Both the position numbers and the translations under genes were made by a program. From Mobula hypostoma (Eukaryota), in contig NC_086118.1 of NCBI RefSeq assembly GCF_963921235.1, positions 23,562,001 to 23,626,000 on the forward strand: a DNA stretch of 64,000 nt, written 5' to 3'. The notes under the pieces are model-generated. The model saw only the letters and a list, made by a program, of their open reading frames with translations, searched no databases and had not been told where the DNA came from. Positions 14,048 through 27,890 of the stretch are shown here, piece by piece; positions within the stretch are counted from its first letter, which is position 1, and every line of letters starts with the position of its first letter.

Positions 14048-14273
14048 AAGAAAGAAGGTGGGGGAGGGTTGGAAGAAGGCTCATAGTTTCAGTTGAAAAA
14101 CCAGTAATTTGAAAGACAAAGGGGTGGGGGAGGGGAAGCAGGGACATCATAGCCCTGAAAACAAAGTAGAAGAAGGAGGCGGAACCATGAGGGGGCTGGG
14201 GGAGGGGGCAGAGTGACATAGGGATAGAGGAAGGGAGGGGGAAGGAATTACCAGAAGTTGGAGAATTCTATGT

Positions 14274-14573
14274 TCATACCAGGGGCTGGAGACTACCTAG
14301 ACGGTATATGAGGTGTTGCTTCTCCAACCTGAGTTTAGCCTCATCATGGCAGTAGAGGAGGCCATGTATGGACATATCTGAATGGGAATGGGAAGCAGAG
14401 TTGAAGTGGGTGGCTACCGGGAGATCCTGTCTGTTGTGGCAGACAGAGCAGAGGTGCTCGACGAAGCGGTCCCCCAATCTGCGTCGGGTTTCACCGATGT
14501 AGAGGAGGCCGCACTGGGAGCACCGGATGTAATAGATGACCCCAATAGACTCACAAGTGAAGTGTTGCCTCAC
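14274..14573 (-). pseudogene. Penelope GIY-YIG endonuclease fragment
   Basis: GVIYYIRCSQCGLLYIGETRRRLGDRFVEH..VATHFN..EKQHLIYRLGSLQP: the GIY-YIG core with the CxxC insert typical of Penelope-like elements. Confidence 0.88.
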
Positions 14574-17164
14574 CTGGAAGGACTGTTTGGGGCCCTGAAT
14601 GGTGGCAAGAGAGGAGGTGTAGGGACAGGTGTAGCACTTAGGCTTACAGGGATAAGTACCGGGTGGGAGATCCGTGGGGATAGACGTGCGGATAAGGGAG
14701 TCGCAGAGGGACCGATCCCTGCAGAAGGCGGAGAGGGATGGAAAGGGAAAGATGTGCTTAGTGGTGGGGTCCTGTTGAAGGTGGCGGAAGTTGCGGAGGA
14801 TAATGTGCTGGATCCGGAGGCTGGTGGGGTGGTAGGTGAGGACAAGGGGAACTCTGTCCCTGTATAGACATGCTCAGTGGTGGAGAGGAATTTTCATGTG
14901 ATGGACGGGGCTGTATCCACCACTCTTTCAAGGCTTTTCCATTCCTGAGCTTTGGTGTTTCCATACCAGCCCAATAAGTTTAACATCACTGGCGTATGTT
15001 ATGAAATTTGTTAACTCTGTGGCAGCTGTACAATGCAATACATGATAAATATAGAAAAAACTGAATACAATAAATATATATGCACATTAAATATTTAAAA
15101 AGATAAATAGTGCAAAATCAGAGATTTAAAAAAAAGCAGAGGAAATGCTTATGGGTTCAATGTCCATTTGGATATTGGATGGCAGAGGAGAAGGAGCTGT
15201 TCCTGAATCGCTGAGTGAAAACCTTTAAGATTCCATACCTCCTTCTTGATGGTAACAATGACCTTGGTGCTGCAACAACTCAGAATACTCTCCACTGCGC
15301 ATCTATAGAAGTTTGTTGAAGTTTTAGATGACATGCTGAATCTGCAGAAAGTTTTCTTTAATGAGAGTCACTCCAGCATCTTGCGTGTGTAATCATATTC
15401 TCTCTTTTTCAGGTCTGACTATGCATTGGAGCATTGACCCTGGAAAGGGCACTTGGAAACCTGCGCAAGGGTGATGGGTTCATGTATATTTGGCATTTGT
15501 AAGAGCTTAATGCACGAATGTGATTTGAAGTTATGCTCTTCAGTTTATTTTATTCTTCCATTGTGGAAACCATGAAGATTGGCACAAGAGATTAGATGTA
15601 AACTACATTCATTACTCAGTGTTAGGATAAAATGACTGTAGCTTGCACAAGCAACTGCCAAGTCATTCTACTTGTCATTGGAATCATTCTGTTTTTAACA
15701 GGTACAATGTTGGACTTGTTTCCAACATCATTAACAGCCTGTTCATCTCTGTTGATTTGATTACTAATGGTACTGATTGTCTGAATGACATCATTGTATC
15801 TGGAGACATTATTCCATTCTTGCTACTTGATACCAAAGTGAAAAACTCAATGCCATGGGAATAAATAAACTTGTTGGCTTGCGGTAGTCCGAGACAATAT
15901 TGTAGCGTCTTAAAAATTTTTAAAAAAGCATTCTTACAATGAAATAGAAATTTGCTCGCTATGAACAAACTAAATCATGTTTTGGAATCTGTAAGAATAT
16001 TCAAATCAACGTATGACTCCAAATGGGAGTTTTTGAGACACCAATTATCATTAACGAGGGCTAATAACTCAGAAGGAGCACTATGCACGCAAAAAGAATT
16101 TGCTGGGAGTTCATAACGAAATGTTGTAATCTAAACTGAAAACAATGGTCTAGCTAATGCAATATGCATTGGACATTCCAAACTGTAGTCTCCAGGGACG
16201 AGGGGTAAGGTTCTTGACTGAAAGTGTGAAATTGAAAAATTACCCTTTCAATGTTTATATAATGGGAATAGGGAACAAAGAAGCCTTTGAATTGGAGCCA
16301 GAGAATTCCAAACAGACATTTTGTTCTCAGTTATTTACAATTATCTTGTTATCAGGTGTCATTGATGCTTAAAATGTGGATTAATAATCTACAGCCTTCA
16401 TATATTTGTAGAAGGATTATTGTGCCCTAGGTGCAGATAGGAAATAAACTTCCACAGTCTGGAAACTGTACCTAAACAAAACAATACAATACATAAAATA
16501 CCCGTTTTATGATTAAAAAAAAAGCAAAACTAAATAACCAAGATGGCGAATTGCACAACAGATCCTCTCGGGTCAATAAGAACAGAAGTGAGTGGGGCTG
16601 AAAACTATCATTCCAATCTGTTATTGTTTGAGGCTATTTATTTTCTCATTAAGACTTTTGTTAACATTTCAGTTTAAATTAATCCAGAATAAAAAAAGTA
16701 ATCCAGAACACATGTGGAGAGCTCATCAACTCTGCTATTGAAAGTTTTGTTTTCACTTTTCTGTTAACTGATTTATTTTCTGGATAATGCCACGATTTTC
16801 TTATTTAGAGATTATTTCAAAGGGAACCCACTCTGGAAGGGACGAGTTAAATGACAGGCAATAGTGGACTGAGGTAGAGCAGGGCATGAGTGTATGGGAT
16901 GAAAGTAACTCCTCATAATGAGGCAGTTAAATCATGGTTCCCAAAGTAAACTAAATGTCCCCCTCCATGCTCCAATATTAGCACCAACAGTGCATTGTAT
17001 ACCAAGAATTAGGCTGGGGAGTTGATGCTTAATATTTTTTGGCATGTTGCTTTGCAGGCCCATTTGCATGGAGTATAAGATGTTAGCACCTTAAAGGGTT
17101 TATTACAACTGTTTTGTGTTGTCTGCAGCTTATGCTGACAGATTTTTTTTGTGAGGACACTTGT

Positions 17165-17788
17165 AAGGAGGAGGGAGGAGAAGAAATGCGGCGCAACGCA
17201 GCGCGCGCGGCCGTTCCGAATGAATATCGATATGTGTAACTAAGGAGCCGTGCATCAATTTGGATTTGATGGGGACAGCCGTGAAAGTGCAGAGGAACAT
17301 CTGGAGCAACTTCTGAAATGCCTGCTTCGCTGCCGCTGCTACTGTGCAATCGAGAATCTCCGGAGACGTAGGCCCCAAATCCGGGGCCAGGGTCGAAACG
17401 CTCGACAGAGATGGTGCTTGGTGCGTTGGTGTCGGGAGGTGGTCGGAGGCTTGGAGTTTTTCGGACGGAATCGGGTTGGACTGTGGTCGGATGTTTCCGG
17501 GATGCTGCATCGGCAAGTTGGTAGCGCTGGGAGTTTACCGTCTGCGTGAGATGATGGGACTTTGAGAGACTCTGAGACTTTTACTGTGCCATGGTCTGTT
17601 CTTAACAAATTACGGTATTGCTTTGCACTGTTGTAACTATGTGTTATTATTATGTTTTTTGTTAGTTTTTAAGTCGGTTTGTCATATGTTTTCGTGATAT
17701 CACTCTGAAAAAACATTTTTATCATTTCTTAATGCATGAATTACTAAATGACAATCAAAGGGTACTGTGTGTCCTCATAATCATAATG
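17165..17788 (+). mobile_element. Unclassified ~620-bp non-coding interspersed repeat (copy 1)
   Basis: Colinear with the reverse complement of 44765-45392. CpG-rich 5' half (gcagcgcgcgcggcc) and a 3' end atgacaat..gtcctcataatcataat. Confidence 0.7.
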
Positions 17789-18699
17789 ACTTACTTGTGG
17801 ATTGTTCAACTAAATGGGAATTCCTGCATTCAAGGTACCTCTTGCCACATTCTTAAATGGTTCATTCAGGTCTACTTGCCCCTCTCCCTCCTCGCTGGTG
17901 TCAGGACCTCCATATTGAGTTACGTTTCCTTGGCCAAATTTCCCCTTGAATGTATGTGAGAGCTGTGGCCCTCAACACACCAGCTTCTGAGTCTTGAGGA
18001 AGGTATTGTAGGTCTTCCTCCAGGGGAAGCCTTGCTGAGAACTGTGTGTTTGAGAGGAAATGCAAGTTCTCGGTAACTTCACAGCAAATTGATTATGGTG
18101 CAATTATGAACTGTTTCAGTTATTCATATAGGTGCAACCTACCCTCCTCTTCAAATGTCCTAAGTGTCATTTTGATGATTCTTTTCTGCAGTAATACAGT
18201 GGACCTGAATACTAAAAGGAATGATGACTTGCCAAAACAAAACAACACAAAAAAATGGTTAAATCCTATTTCTTTGGTTTTGAATTTGGGCCACTTCTCT
18301 AAGCCTAACCTAAACTCTTTTTCCCAGAACGCTGCCTGTGTTGACCATTTTCCAGCTAAATCACTGAGCGTATTCGCTACGCTGAGCCTTTCTGTTTTGT
18401 TCAGCATCTTGAAGAGAAACATAAAAGATTTAAAGTTTATTCTAACACCGTCTTCAGAATTCCAGTTGAAAGCATGTCATTACCACAGCAAAGATTTTCA
18501 ATAAGCCTTAGTTATCAATGCAGTTAGCTGGGCATGAGTGCTGGATGGAGTTCTGCGCTAATCACAAGTTTATCCTGGAGCTAAACTAAACTCACTTTGT
18601 TATACATTTTTAATGAAAGTTTTTTATTAATCTTTGGTTAATAGAGATAGAAAGTAGGTTTATATCAGCATATTGCAACCCTTTATGTTGTGAATTTAA

Positions 18700-19342
18700 T
18701 TACAACCTAATAAATTGACAGTTTTGTTTGGTATAATTCCTCAACGTATTCACGGTATTTCTATATCTGACCAATACGTAATTGCATTTGTCACATTATT
18801 GGCCAGAAGGACTATTTTATTAAAATGGAAAGATGCCTCTGCTCCCACTTTGATACAATGGTTCTCTCAGGTGATGTTATGTCTTAGTTTGGAAAAAATT
18901 AGAAGTCGAACTTTTGATCCTAAACTTGACTTCGAGAAAAGGTGGGGTTCTTTTGCCTGTTATTACCATTTGAGTTGAGTTAATACAGATGGTCCTTCTC
19001 TGATGCTTGGTTAGCGGTTGGTTGGCGGTTTTTATGGAAGCTTGTATGGCGCATAGATCTGGGTTTGTGCTCCAAATGGGGTTTTTTTTTTCTTTTTTTT
19101 AGTTATTAGGGGTTTTCTCTTTTTTAGTTAGTAAGGGTTCTTTTTTTTCTTTCTTTCCTTTTTTCCATTAAAAAAAAGCTTTAATACTTTGTTTTTTGAT
19201 TATTATTGATATACTGTTTGCCCTGGTTAATAGCTTAACTTTTAGTCTACATATGGATACGTTATCTTGATTATTTTGATGTATTTTTTTCTGTTGTTGG
19301 TTTTCAATAATAATTAATAAAAAGATTTAAAGAGAAAAAGAA
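18700..19342 (+). mobile_element. L1-clade LINE 3' fragment
   Basis: ORF 18715-18978 (IAFVTLLARRTILLKWKDASAPT..LSLEKIR..FEKRWGSF) is the fish-type L1 ORF2 C-terminus. It is followed by a T-rich 3' UTR, aataaa and an A-rich tail. Confidence 0.8.
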
Positions 19343-21402
19343 TTTAATACTTCGGTAACATTTGAGTAATATTGTAAATATATTGTTTGATTTAAGCATT
19401 CCTTGTATGTTTACACAACTCATTACATGTTATATGTAAGAAGTATATGACATTTCAGGTTGTGGTCTTTTTTTAGGATTTGCCAATTACTATAACAGGT
19501 TCCTGACAAGCGTGCTCCGCTCCTTGAACTCATTACTGCAGATCAATAAGAAATGGCAACAGACGAAGCCGTGTGAGGTGGCTTTCCAGAAAAGAAAGGA
19601 AATCATGATGTCAAATTCTGTACTCACATATTATAATCCACATCATCCGGTAAAACTTGCCTGTCATGCTTTGCCTTAGGGTAAAGGTGCAGTCATGTCA
19701 CATGTAAGAGTGATGGAAGTGAATGCAGCCTTACTGCTGCAGAGAAAAAATACCACAGCTTGACAGAAAAACCGTGAATCTGGGTTGGGGTGTAAAACTT
19801 TTCAACCAGTACCAGTATGGGTGAGAGTTTACCCCTATTACAGATCATCAAACACTGGTGTTCACTTTCGGTCCACAGATGGGTGTCCCACTAACAGCAG
19901 CAGCACGAATGTGGAGATGGGCTCATTTTTGGAGGATGCAATTACAAGATCAAATTAAAGAGGACAACTAATCATGGAACTCTGACAGACTGTCCTGCAT
20001 ACACTTGGAAAAGGAAATGCCTGAAAATTTACAAAAGAGGACACTTCTCGTGACGTATTTTCCCTAAAGCAAGTCGATGGTCTCCTTATTACAGCTGAGA
20101 TGATCCAAAGGGAAATTAGAAAAGAGCCCACACTGTCTCAGATCTACACAGCAAACCAAAATGGCTGGAATGTGCAGCAGAAATCCCAGTTCCCCCATTT
20201 TTACCAGCGCTGAGATAAACTTGACGGGAGTTGTTTGAAGCTTTGTCCAGTGGCCTGAGGTACATCAGCAGATCAGGCAGCTTGCCGTGCACTGTTCAGA
20301 ACGCCAACAAGTCCAGAAGATGCCAAGAGCAGAGCTTCTTCATCCCTGGGAATAGACTTCATTGCCCTGGCAGAGGATTTTGCCAGGCTATTCATGGGCA
20401 CAAATTTCTAGCTAGTAGTGGATGCAGCTACAAAGTGGCCAGGTATTCCCAATAGCCTCCACTACAGCCTCGCACAATGTTGACGTGCCAAAAAGTCTCT
20501 TCTCCAGAACATTTAGTCAGTGATAATGGACCACAGTTTGTTGTGGAGCAGATTCAGTCATTCCCAAAAATGAATGGAATAGGTCACTTTACAGCAGCAC
20601 TGTACCACTGAACTTCCAGTGGCTTGGGGAAAGGTTTGTCCGGAGTCTAAAGAAAGCACAGCAAACAATAGCAGCAGAACACTGATACTGAATCGGAAGC
20701 TCACCAATTTCCTCCTTACATATCACATTGCAGCACCAACATCTCACTAGCCATGCTGTTCCCAATTCATCCCTTGCACTCACATTTGGTTCTCCTCAAA
20801 CCCAATCTCAGAGGGAGTCTGCAGGCCAAACAGCTGAAACAAACTGAGGACTCCTCAAACATGGAGCTTCACTATTTCAATCCTGCACTCACAATACTGG
20901 CAAGGTGATCAAAAGGGGGTACTTGGAAAGATGAAGGACAGAGCTAGCTACCTCTCCCACACAGTGCAGATTAAGCCTGATGTCATCTGGAGATGACACA
21001 TTGATTAGTTGAGGAGAGTAGAACCAATTGTTAGAAAAGAAAGGCAGCCTGGACTCTCAGAACAGCTTCCTGCAGTCCTGAGTCAACTCTGACAAGTACC
21101 ACAGAGGAGGCCCCAGAACACATTTGAGTTGTGATACATTCTATATTGAGCTAAGCAGGGAGGAGTGTTGTTTATTTAATATTTCAATATTTCAGTGATA
21201 TTTGAGTAATATTGCAAATATATTATTTGATTAAGCACTCTGTGTTTACATAATTCATATGTAAGAAATATGTGAATGGCATACGTCATCGTGCCACCAC
21301 ATCACATGTGTATGCCTCATTAAAGTAAAACAATGTACATGAGTATCCTTGGTGATCCTGTGTTTTTCTTTTCATTAGTTTCTGGAGTTACAAACCATCA
21401 AC
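19343..21402 (+). mobile_element. Degenerate, internally deleted Ty3/Gypsy LTR element
   Basis: RNase H remnant (acagatcatcaa, TDH-type) and integrase remnant (gtcagtgataatggaccacagttt, SDNGPQF). PPT aagcagggaggag precedes an LTR at ~21166-21402, which matches a partial LTR at 19343-19450. Confidence 0.75.
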
Positions 21403-21845
21403 TCTTTATATTAATAAAAGAGAGAATAAAATAGTCTTTCGATATATATTAACTCTAAAATAAAGCCAGATGGACTGATACCGAACAAATAAATACCTAC
21501 AGTTGTTGTTATGACAACAAATTAATCCTAAGCTATATCTTAATATGTATCTGATGTATTTACTGTTGTTAACTATCTTCATGTTATTTAAGAAGTCTGA
21601 GAGAGAATACCTTTGCTTCAGGGCCACATTGATAGCTCACTCTAGTTATGTTATTCCCACTGGCAGCACTGCGACTCTACAAAAGATCTTTCACCACAGC
21701 TGAGAAGTCATACTCCATGTAGTGACATTGACTATTCGCTACGATATTGACTGCTGATGAATAATCAACAGTGACTTACATTGAAAATATCTGTCTTTTT
21801 CTTCATATTTCAGGCACCCATCAAAAAGGCTTTAAGGCTTTCCAC

Positions 21846-24140
21846 AAACACAAGTAAATCTGCAGATGCTGGAAATCCAAAGCAACACATGCAAAATTCA
21901 ATGCAATGACACTTTTCCTGCGAGTCTGCTTGGACCATTTACTGCATCTGGTTCTCTCAGTGTGGTCACGTGTCTATTGGTGAGACCCGACATATAGTGG
22001 GAGCAGTTTCATTGAGCACCTTTGCTCTGTCTGCCACAAAAAGTAGGATTTCTCAATGGCCACCCATTTCAATTCAACTTCCCATTCTCATTTTGACATG
22101 TCAGTCCATGGCTGCCTCCCACCCCCTTCTCTCCTTCACCATTCCCCATTCTTGCTTCCCTCTCACACCTTAATTTACCTGTCCATCACCTGCCTCTGGT
22201 GCTCCTCCCCCTTCCCTTTCTTCAATGGTTTTCTGTCCTCTCCTATCAGATTCCCCCCTTCTCCAGTCCTTTATCTGTTTCACCAATCAACTTCCCAGCT
22301 CTTTACTTCACCCCTCCCCCCCAGTTTCACTTATCACCTGCCACCTTGTATTTCTTCCTTCTCCTCCCCCCCCCCGCCTTCTTATACTGACTTCTTTCTC
22401 CCTTTCTTTCCAGTCTTGATGAAGGGTCTCAACCCGATACGTTGACTGTTCACTCTTTTCCGTAGATGCTGCCTGGCCTCCTGAGTTCATCCAGCATTTT
22501 GTGTGTGCTGCTTAAAGTTTTATGCTTCATTCTTGACAACAGACCTGACCAGTTCCCCTCCACCACCACCCTCCTCCGTCTGGTGGAACTGGTCCTCACT
22601 CTTTCTCTTCTAGCCCCTCTCACTTTTTCCAAACACAAGGTGTAGCCATCGGTACCCACATGGGCCTCCAACTATGCCTACCTTTTTATTGGTTATATGG
22701 AACAGCCCATGTTCCGAGCTTTCCCTGGTAATGTGCCCCAAACACACAATGTGCCACATTGATGACTGCATTGGTGCTGCTTCATGAACTTGTGCTGACT
22801 CGTCAAGTCATCAACTTTGTGTCTCTCTTCCACCATGCTCTTAAATGCACCTGGTCCATTTCTAACACTACTTTCCCGTTTCTAGATCTATCTGCCTCCA
22901 TCTCTGGAGACAAAGTCTACCAATACCTGTTATCAACCTATTGATTCCCATGGCTCTCTTGACTATACCTCCTCCCACCCTGTCTCCTGTAAAAAGTCTT
23001 TTCACTTTTCCTGTTTCCTTCAATTCCATCACATCTGTTCCCAGGATGAAACACAGAGCATCAGAGGTATCCTCCTACTTCAAAGAATGGGGTTTCCCAT
23101 CCTCCACCATAGAAGCTTTCCTCACCTGCATTGCCTCCATTTCCCTGACATCTACATTCACCCTTTCCTGCTGCCACCTTAACAGGGTTAGAATTCCTGT
23201 TGTCCTCACTTACCATGTCATTCTTAATGGGATCCTACTACCAAACCCATCTTTACCTCACTCCAACTCTCAAGTTTCCAGTGATCATTCCCTTTGTAAT
23301 TCCCTTGTCAATTTATCATTCCCCTTTAATTTCTTTCCTGACACATATCCCTACAAACAACAGAAATGCTACACCTGCACATTCACCTTCCCACACAGCT
23401 CCATTTAGGGCCCCAAATAGTCCTTCCAGGTGAGGCAACAATTTACCTGTGAATCTGTTGGGCTTGTCTGCTGGATCCGATGCTCCTGAAGTGGTTTGCA
23501 CTATATTGATGAGAACTGGCATAAATTGGGGGACCGCTATGTTGAACACCTCCCCTCCATCCATAAGAAGTGGAATTTCCTGGTGGTTAACCATTTTAAT
23601 TCCCATCGCTATCCCTACTCTGACATGTTGGTCCGTGTCCTTCCCTTCTGCCATAGTGATGTCACTCTCAGGGTTGGAGAAGCAACAGCTCATATTCCAT
23701 CTCAGTAGTTTCCAACCTGATGGCATGAATATCAATTTCTCCGTCTGGTGATTTTTCACCTCTCCCTTTGGTCTTCTACTATTTCCCACTCTGGCCTCTT
23801 CCCTCTTCTCTTCACCTGCCTATCGCCTCCCCCGGTGCCCATCCTTCCCTTTTTCCATGGTTCACTCTCCTCTCCTGTCAGATTCCTTCTTCTCAATCCT
23901 TTAACCTTTTCCAATTATCACCTCCCAGCTTCTTTCTTCAATTCCACCTTCTGCACCCATCTGGCTCTACCTAGCACTTTCTAGCTTGTCCTCATTTTCC
24001 TCGCCCCTACCTACTCATTCTGGCATCTTCCCCCTTTCTTTCCACTCCTGATGAAGAGTCTCTGTCTGAAACAACTGTTGATTCATTTCCATCGATGCCT
24101 CCTGACCTGTTGAGTTCCTTCAGCATTTTGTGTGTGATAT
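21846..24140 (+). mobile_element. Two adjacent Penelope-like fragments (21846-22512 and ~22513-24140)
   Basis: RT remnants (MGLNYAYLFIGY, WSISNTTFPFLDL), a GIY-YIG remnant in ORF 23496-23708, and pLTRs with decayed hammerheads at ~22411-22448 and ~24043-24078. Confidence 0.8.
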
Positions 24141-25869
24141 TCATAAATAACCAAAGGAATTAATGTAAAATCAAATACAGTGTATTTGTGAGGAAGAAGA
24201 GAATAGATAGACCACAGTATCACATAAAATTGTGATTTATTGTGCTATGTTGGAATGAGAAATAAAGAATCCGTTCTGAAATATTGCCTCTATTATTCTA
24301 ATTATTTGTCTGTTGATGCAATTTCATGTCTCCACATTGACAAGGAGGGTATTGAATAGCTATGCCATCTAATGACAGGAATTAATGATCCTCCTTCACC
24401 AACAGCAATGGTTCTGCTTGCAGAAGATCACTTCTATGTTTAATGCAATGTGTATAAAGCCATTCAGCTCCCCTCAGTTGCACCCAATAAGTGAGGAGCT
24501 ATTTTTTTACTGGAAGGAATAAGTTCCTTATCTTCTCTGAAATCTACAGAGAATAGATTTTTTTCTCCCAATTAGTAGGGTTCCCAACACTGAAAAAGTC
24601 ACAGACAACTCCATGTGATTAGGAGGCTCTCCCACTGCCATCCCTACTGTCCTATATCTGTGCCCATTCCATTTCAAACGTTACCTCCTCATGCACTTTG
24701 GGACATGTGTACACGCTTGAACACATTGCAGTGGCATTGCAATTTGCTCTGGACAACTGGTATTGCTGACAAGTTGTTCTTCATAGAAAAGGTGAAAGTG
24801 AGAGAATGCTAACTCACTGTCCACGTTCTCTAGCTGTGTGGTTCTGTAAATCCCTGTGATAGTGTATGACTAATAGAGTAAGACAGAAGATTTGAATCTG
24901 CTTCTGCCTTGCCTCCACCCTCTGTCTTCTGACAGATGATGATTAGTGTTGGCTCTAAATGACTGAAATGATTTTTCAGTCTAAATCATTAAAATAATGT
25001 ATAGTTTGAATATGATTACAGGACCTTTGTTCTCATTTTAAACTGATTATTGTAACTTTGTGATTTGCTAGAATGGATTCATGTTATCTCAGCTTAATAT
25101 GTACAAAAGCTATCCGATATTTTCAAATAATATGTCCAGTTTTTAGACCGAACCGAAGAAGTATTGCTGGATTATTAATTTGGGGGGTGTCTGTTGCTTA
25201 AGTGTTGTGATTTACAAGAAGTGCCAGAACTTACCCACAGTCTAAATCATAGAGGGCAATAATTACAAAACTTCTCAGTAAGCATTCCATGGCCTTTGCC
25301 GAACTCTGTACTTAAGAAGGGTGAGAGGAACACTTTGGAGAACCCTTCTTTTTGTGCAATTGAGTTCAAAAGCACATGATGACTACCTGTCAATAAGCCT
25401 TTCATTTTCTGAAATCAAAGGGGCAGCAGGGATTATAAACCCAAAGGAGATTCCAATTTTGTAATTCCGCTGTTGATGCAGAGATGAGCATTTAGATAGT
25501 CTGTTGGTTAATCTTAACATGATGAATTGGTTTATATTAAAGAATATATTCTTAGTTCAGGTAATTGGAAAAAATAATTAAATTTACTACATTTATTGCT
25601 TTAAAAATTAAGTATGTTGAATTTAAATGCCATAATTCAGTAAAATCTACCATGTACATTTTAGTGGTTGAAATGTTTGTATTTAAACTGCCAAGGTTGA
25701 TAAATTATATTTCAAACCATTCAATTTTTCCAGTATGGACTGAGAAAGACCTTGTCTCAGTTTCATTAATAAAATTTAAATACAAGGAAATTCTGTTCAG
25801 TCATGAGTAATGTTTTATTACAAGAGATCATCTGTGTGACAATTGGATTCCCTTCTGAAATGTCATCTA

Positions 25870-27890
25870 TTATGTTTTTTAACTTAAAAACTAATCAAAA
25901 GAAAAACATGGGAGACCAAGGAAAACGTATTTACTTCTTAGTTTTGTTTTTACTCTAAGCAAGCTGTGCACATATAACATGGTGATGTGATGACGTACAT
26001 CATTCACATACTTTTACATATAACCCATAATGAATTATGCAAACAACAAAGAATGCTTAATCAAGTAATATATTTGCAATATTACTCAAGTAATGCCGTA
26101 ATAGGGAGACTTTTAGAAACATAGAAGATCTACAGTACAATACAGGCCCTTTGGCCCACAATGATGTGCCGAACATGTACTTACTTTAGAAATTACCTTG
26201 GGTTACCCATAACCCTCTATTTTTCTAAGTTCCATGTACCTATCCAGCAGTTTCTTTAAAGGCCCTACCGTATCCGCCTCCACCACCGTTGCCCATTCCA
26301 CACACTCACCACTGTCTGCGTAAAAAACATACCCCTGACATCTTCTCTGTATCTACTTCCAAGCACCTTAAAACTATGCCCTCTCATGTTAGCCATTTCA
26401 GCCCTGGAAAAAAGCGTCTGACTATCTACATGACCAATGCCTCTCATCATCTTATACAGCTTTATCAGGTCACCTCTCATCTTCTGCCACTCCAGGAGAA
26501 AAGCTCAAGTTCACTCAACCTCATGCTCTCAATCCAGGCAACATCCTTGTAAATCTCCTCTGCACCCTTTCTATAGTTTCCACATCCTTCCTGTAGTGAG
26601 GTGACCAGAACTGAGCACAGTACTCCAAGTGGGGTCTGACCAGGGTCCTATAAAGCTGTAACATTACCTCTCGGCTCTCAAACTCAATCCCACTGTTGAT
26701 GAAGGCCAAGGCACCATATGCCTTCTTAACCACAGAGTCAACCTGGGCAGCAGCTTTGAGTGTCCCATTGACTCGGACCCCAAAATCCCTCTGATCCTCC
26801 ACACCGCCAAGAGTCTTACCATTAATATTATATTCTGCCATCATATTTTGATTTGCTTTGGGGAGAATATGTCAGGAGAAGTGTCCTTTTTTTTGTAAAA
26901 TTTTCTGGTATTTACTTTTCCAAGGATAAATGGGACAATCTATTAGCATTTCCATGACTAGCTGTCCTCTTGAATTTGATCTTGTAATTGTGTCATCCAA
27001 GAAGCAGAGGCCCTCTCTACATTCGTGCTGCCATTGTTGGTGGAAGATCCTTCCATGGATTGAAAATGAACATTAGTGATTGATGATCAGTAATGAGGCT
27101 AAACTGTCTCCCATACAAGTACTGATTGAAATGTTCTACTTCCCAAACCAAACTCAAGGTCTTTCCGTCAAACTGTGAATAATTTTTCTCTGAAGCGACG
27201 AGGGAGCATGATGCAAAAAAAAGGGTGTTCCATCACCCATAACATGTGACATGAATACACCTGTACCGTCAGGTGAGGTGTCACAGGTAAGCTTTGCTGG
27301 ATAATGTGGATTATAATGTCTGATGTTACCATTTCCTTTGCCTTTTGGAAGGCCACCTCACACTGCTTTATTCATTGCCAAATCTTCCTAATCTGTGGTG
27401 ATGAGTACAACGTGTAGAGCACAGTAGCCAGGTTTAGCTAGGTTTAATTGACAAATCCTAAAAAGGACCACGACCTGAAATGTCCTTTGGCCTTGGGGCA
27501 TTCATCACTGCTTGAATTTTTTAAGCACATTTGTGTAGTGCTCGTGCCTCAAAGGTGTGACTACTGTAACCAATGTTTGGTTTAAAGAATTCACACTTGT
27601 TGTGTTGTACTCTGAGTCCATAATCTTCTACTCTTTTCAACACGGTCTTGAAAATTTGATGTTCCTTATCATCCTCACCAGTCACAATCTTGTCGTCCAG
27701 GTAACACTGAGTGCCTGGGCAGCCTCGCAGCTCTTGGTCTATAGCTGTCTGTCAGAGTGCAGATGTAAATGCTGCTTCAAAAATAAGTTTATTATAGCGG
27801 TAAAGCCCTTAGTGAGTGTTTATGGTGAGAAACACCTTGGACTCTTCTTCCTGTAGGTAGGCCTCAGCTGTCCACTTGGTTCCTGTGTTT
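25870..27890 (-). mobile_element. Gypsy remnants (LTR piece ~25870-26100, RT/RNase H ~26850-27890) split by a CR1 insertion
   Basis: - strand reads EEESKVFLTINTH..LYRYNKL..QCYLDDKIVTG. The LTR piece resembles 21166-21402, so this is the same family as 19343-21402. Confidence 0.7.
26115..26846 (-). mobile_element. CR1-type LINE 3' fragment
   Basis: ORF 26521-26844 (LYRTLVRPHLEYCAQFWSPHYRKDVETIERVQRRFTRMLPGL) and ORF 26265-26480. Confidence 0.9.

Larger units (their letters stand above)
13957..14862 (-). mobile_element. Penelope-like element, 5'-truncated, 8-bp TSD tatagaca
   Basis: TSD at 13949-13956 and 14863-14870; contains a GIY-YIG ORF and a pLTR. Confidence 0.88.
13525..15350 (-). mobile_element. 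Rex1/Babar-like LINE fragment(s) interrupted by a Penelope-like insertion
   Basis: ORFs 13773-13961 and 15149-15334 (TNFYRCAVESIL). The sequence resumes after the TSD at 14863-14870. Confidence 0.75.

Noticed and set aside
14382..14867. 161-aa + strand ORF (and similar 23316-23789, 37902-38126)
   Set aside because: These are antisense shadows of Penelope GIY-YIG coding sequence.
15643..15968. ORFs on both strands with a possible + strand acceptor (tttttaacag at ~15701)
   Set aside because: The translations resemble nothing I recognise and no consistent exon partner was found.
18046..18504. 152-aa + ORF and 100-aa - ORF in unique DNA
   Set aside because: No recognisable domain, non-ATG or weak starts and only weak splice signals; cannot be supported as coding.
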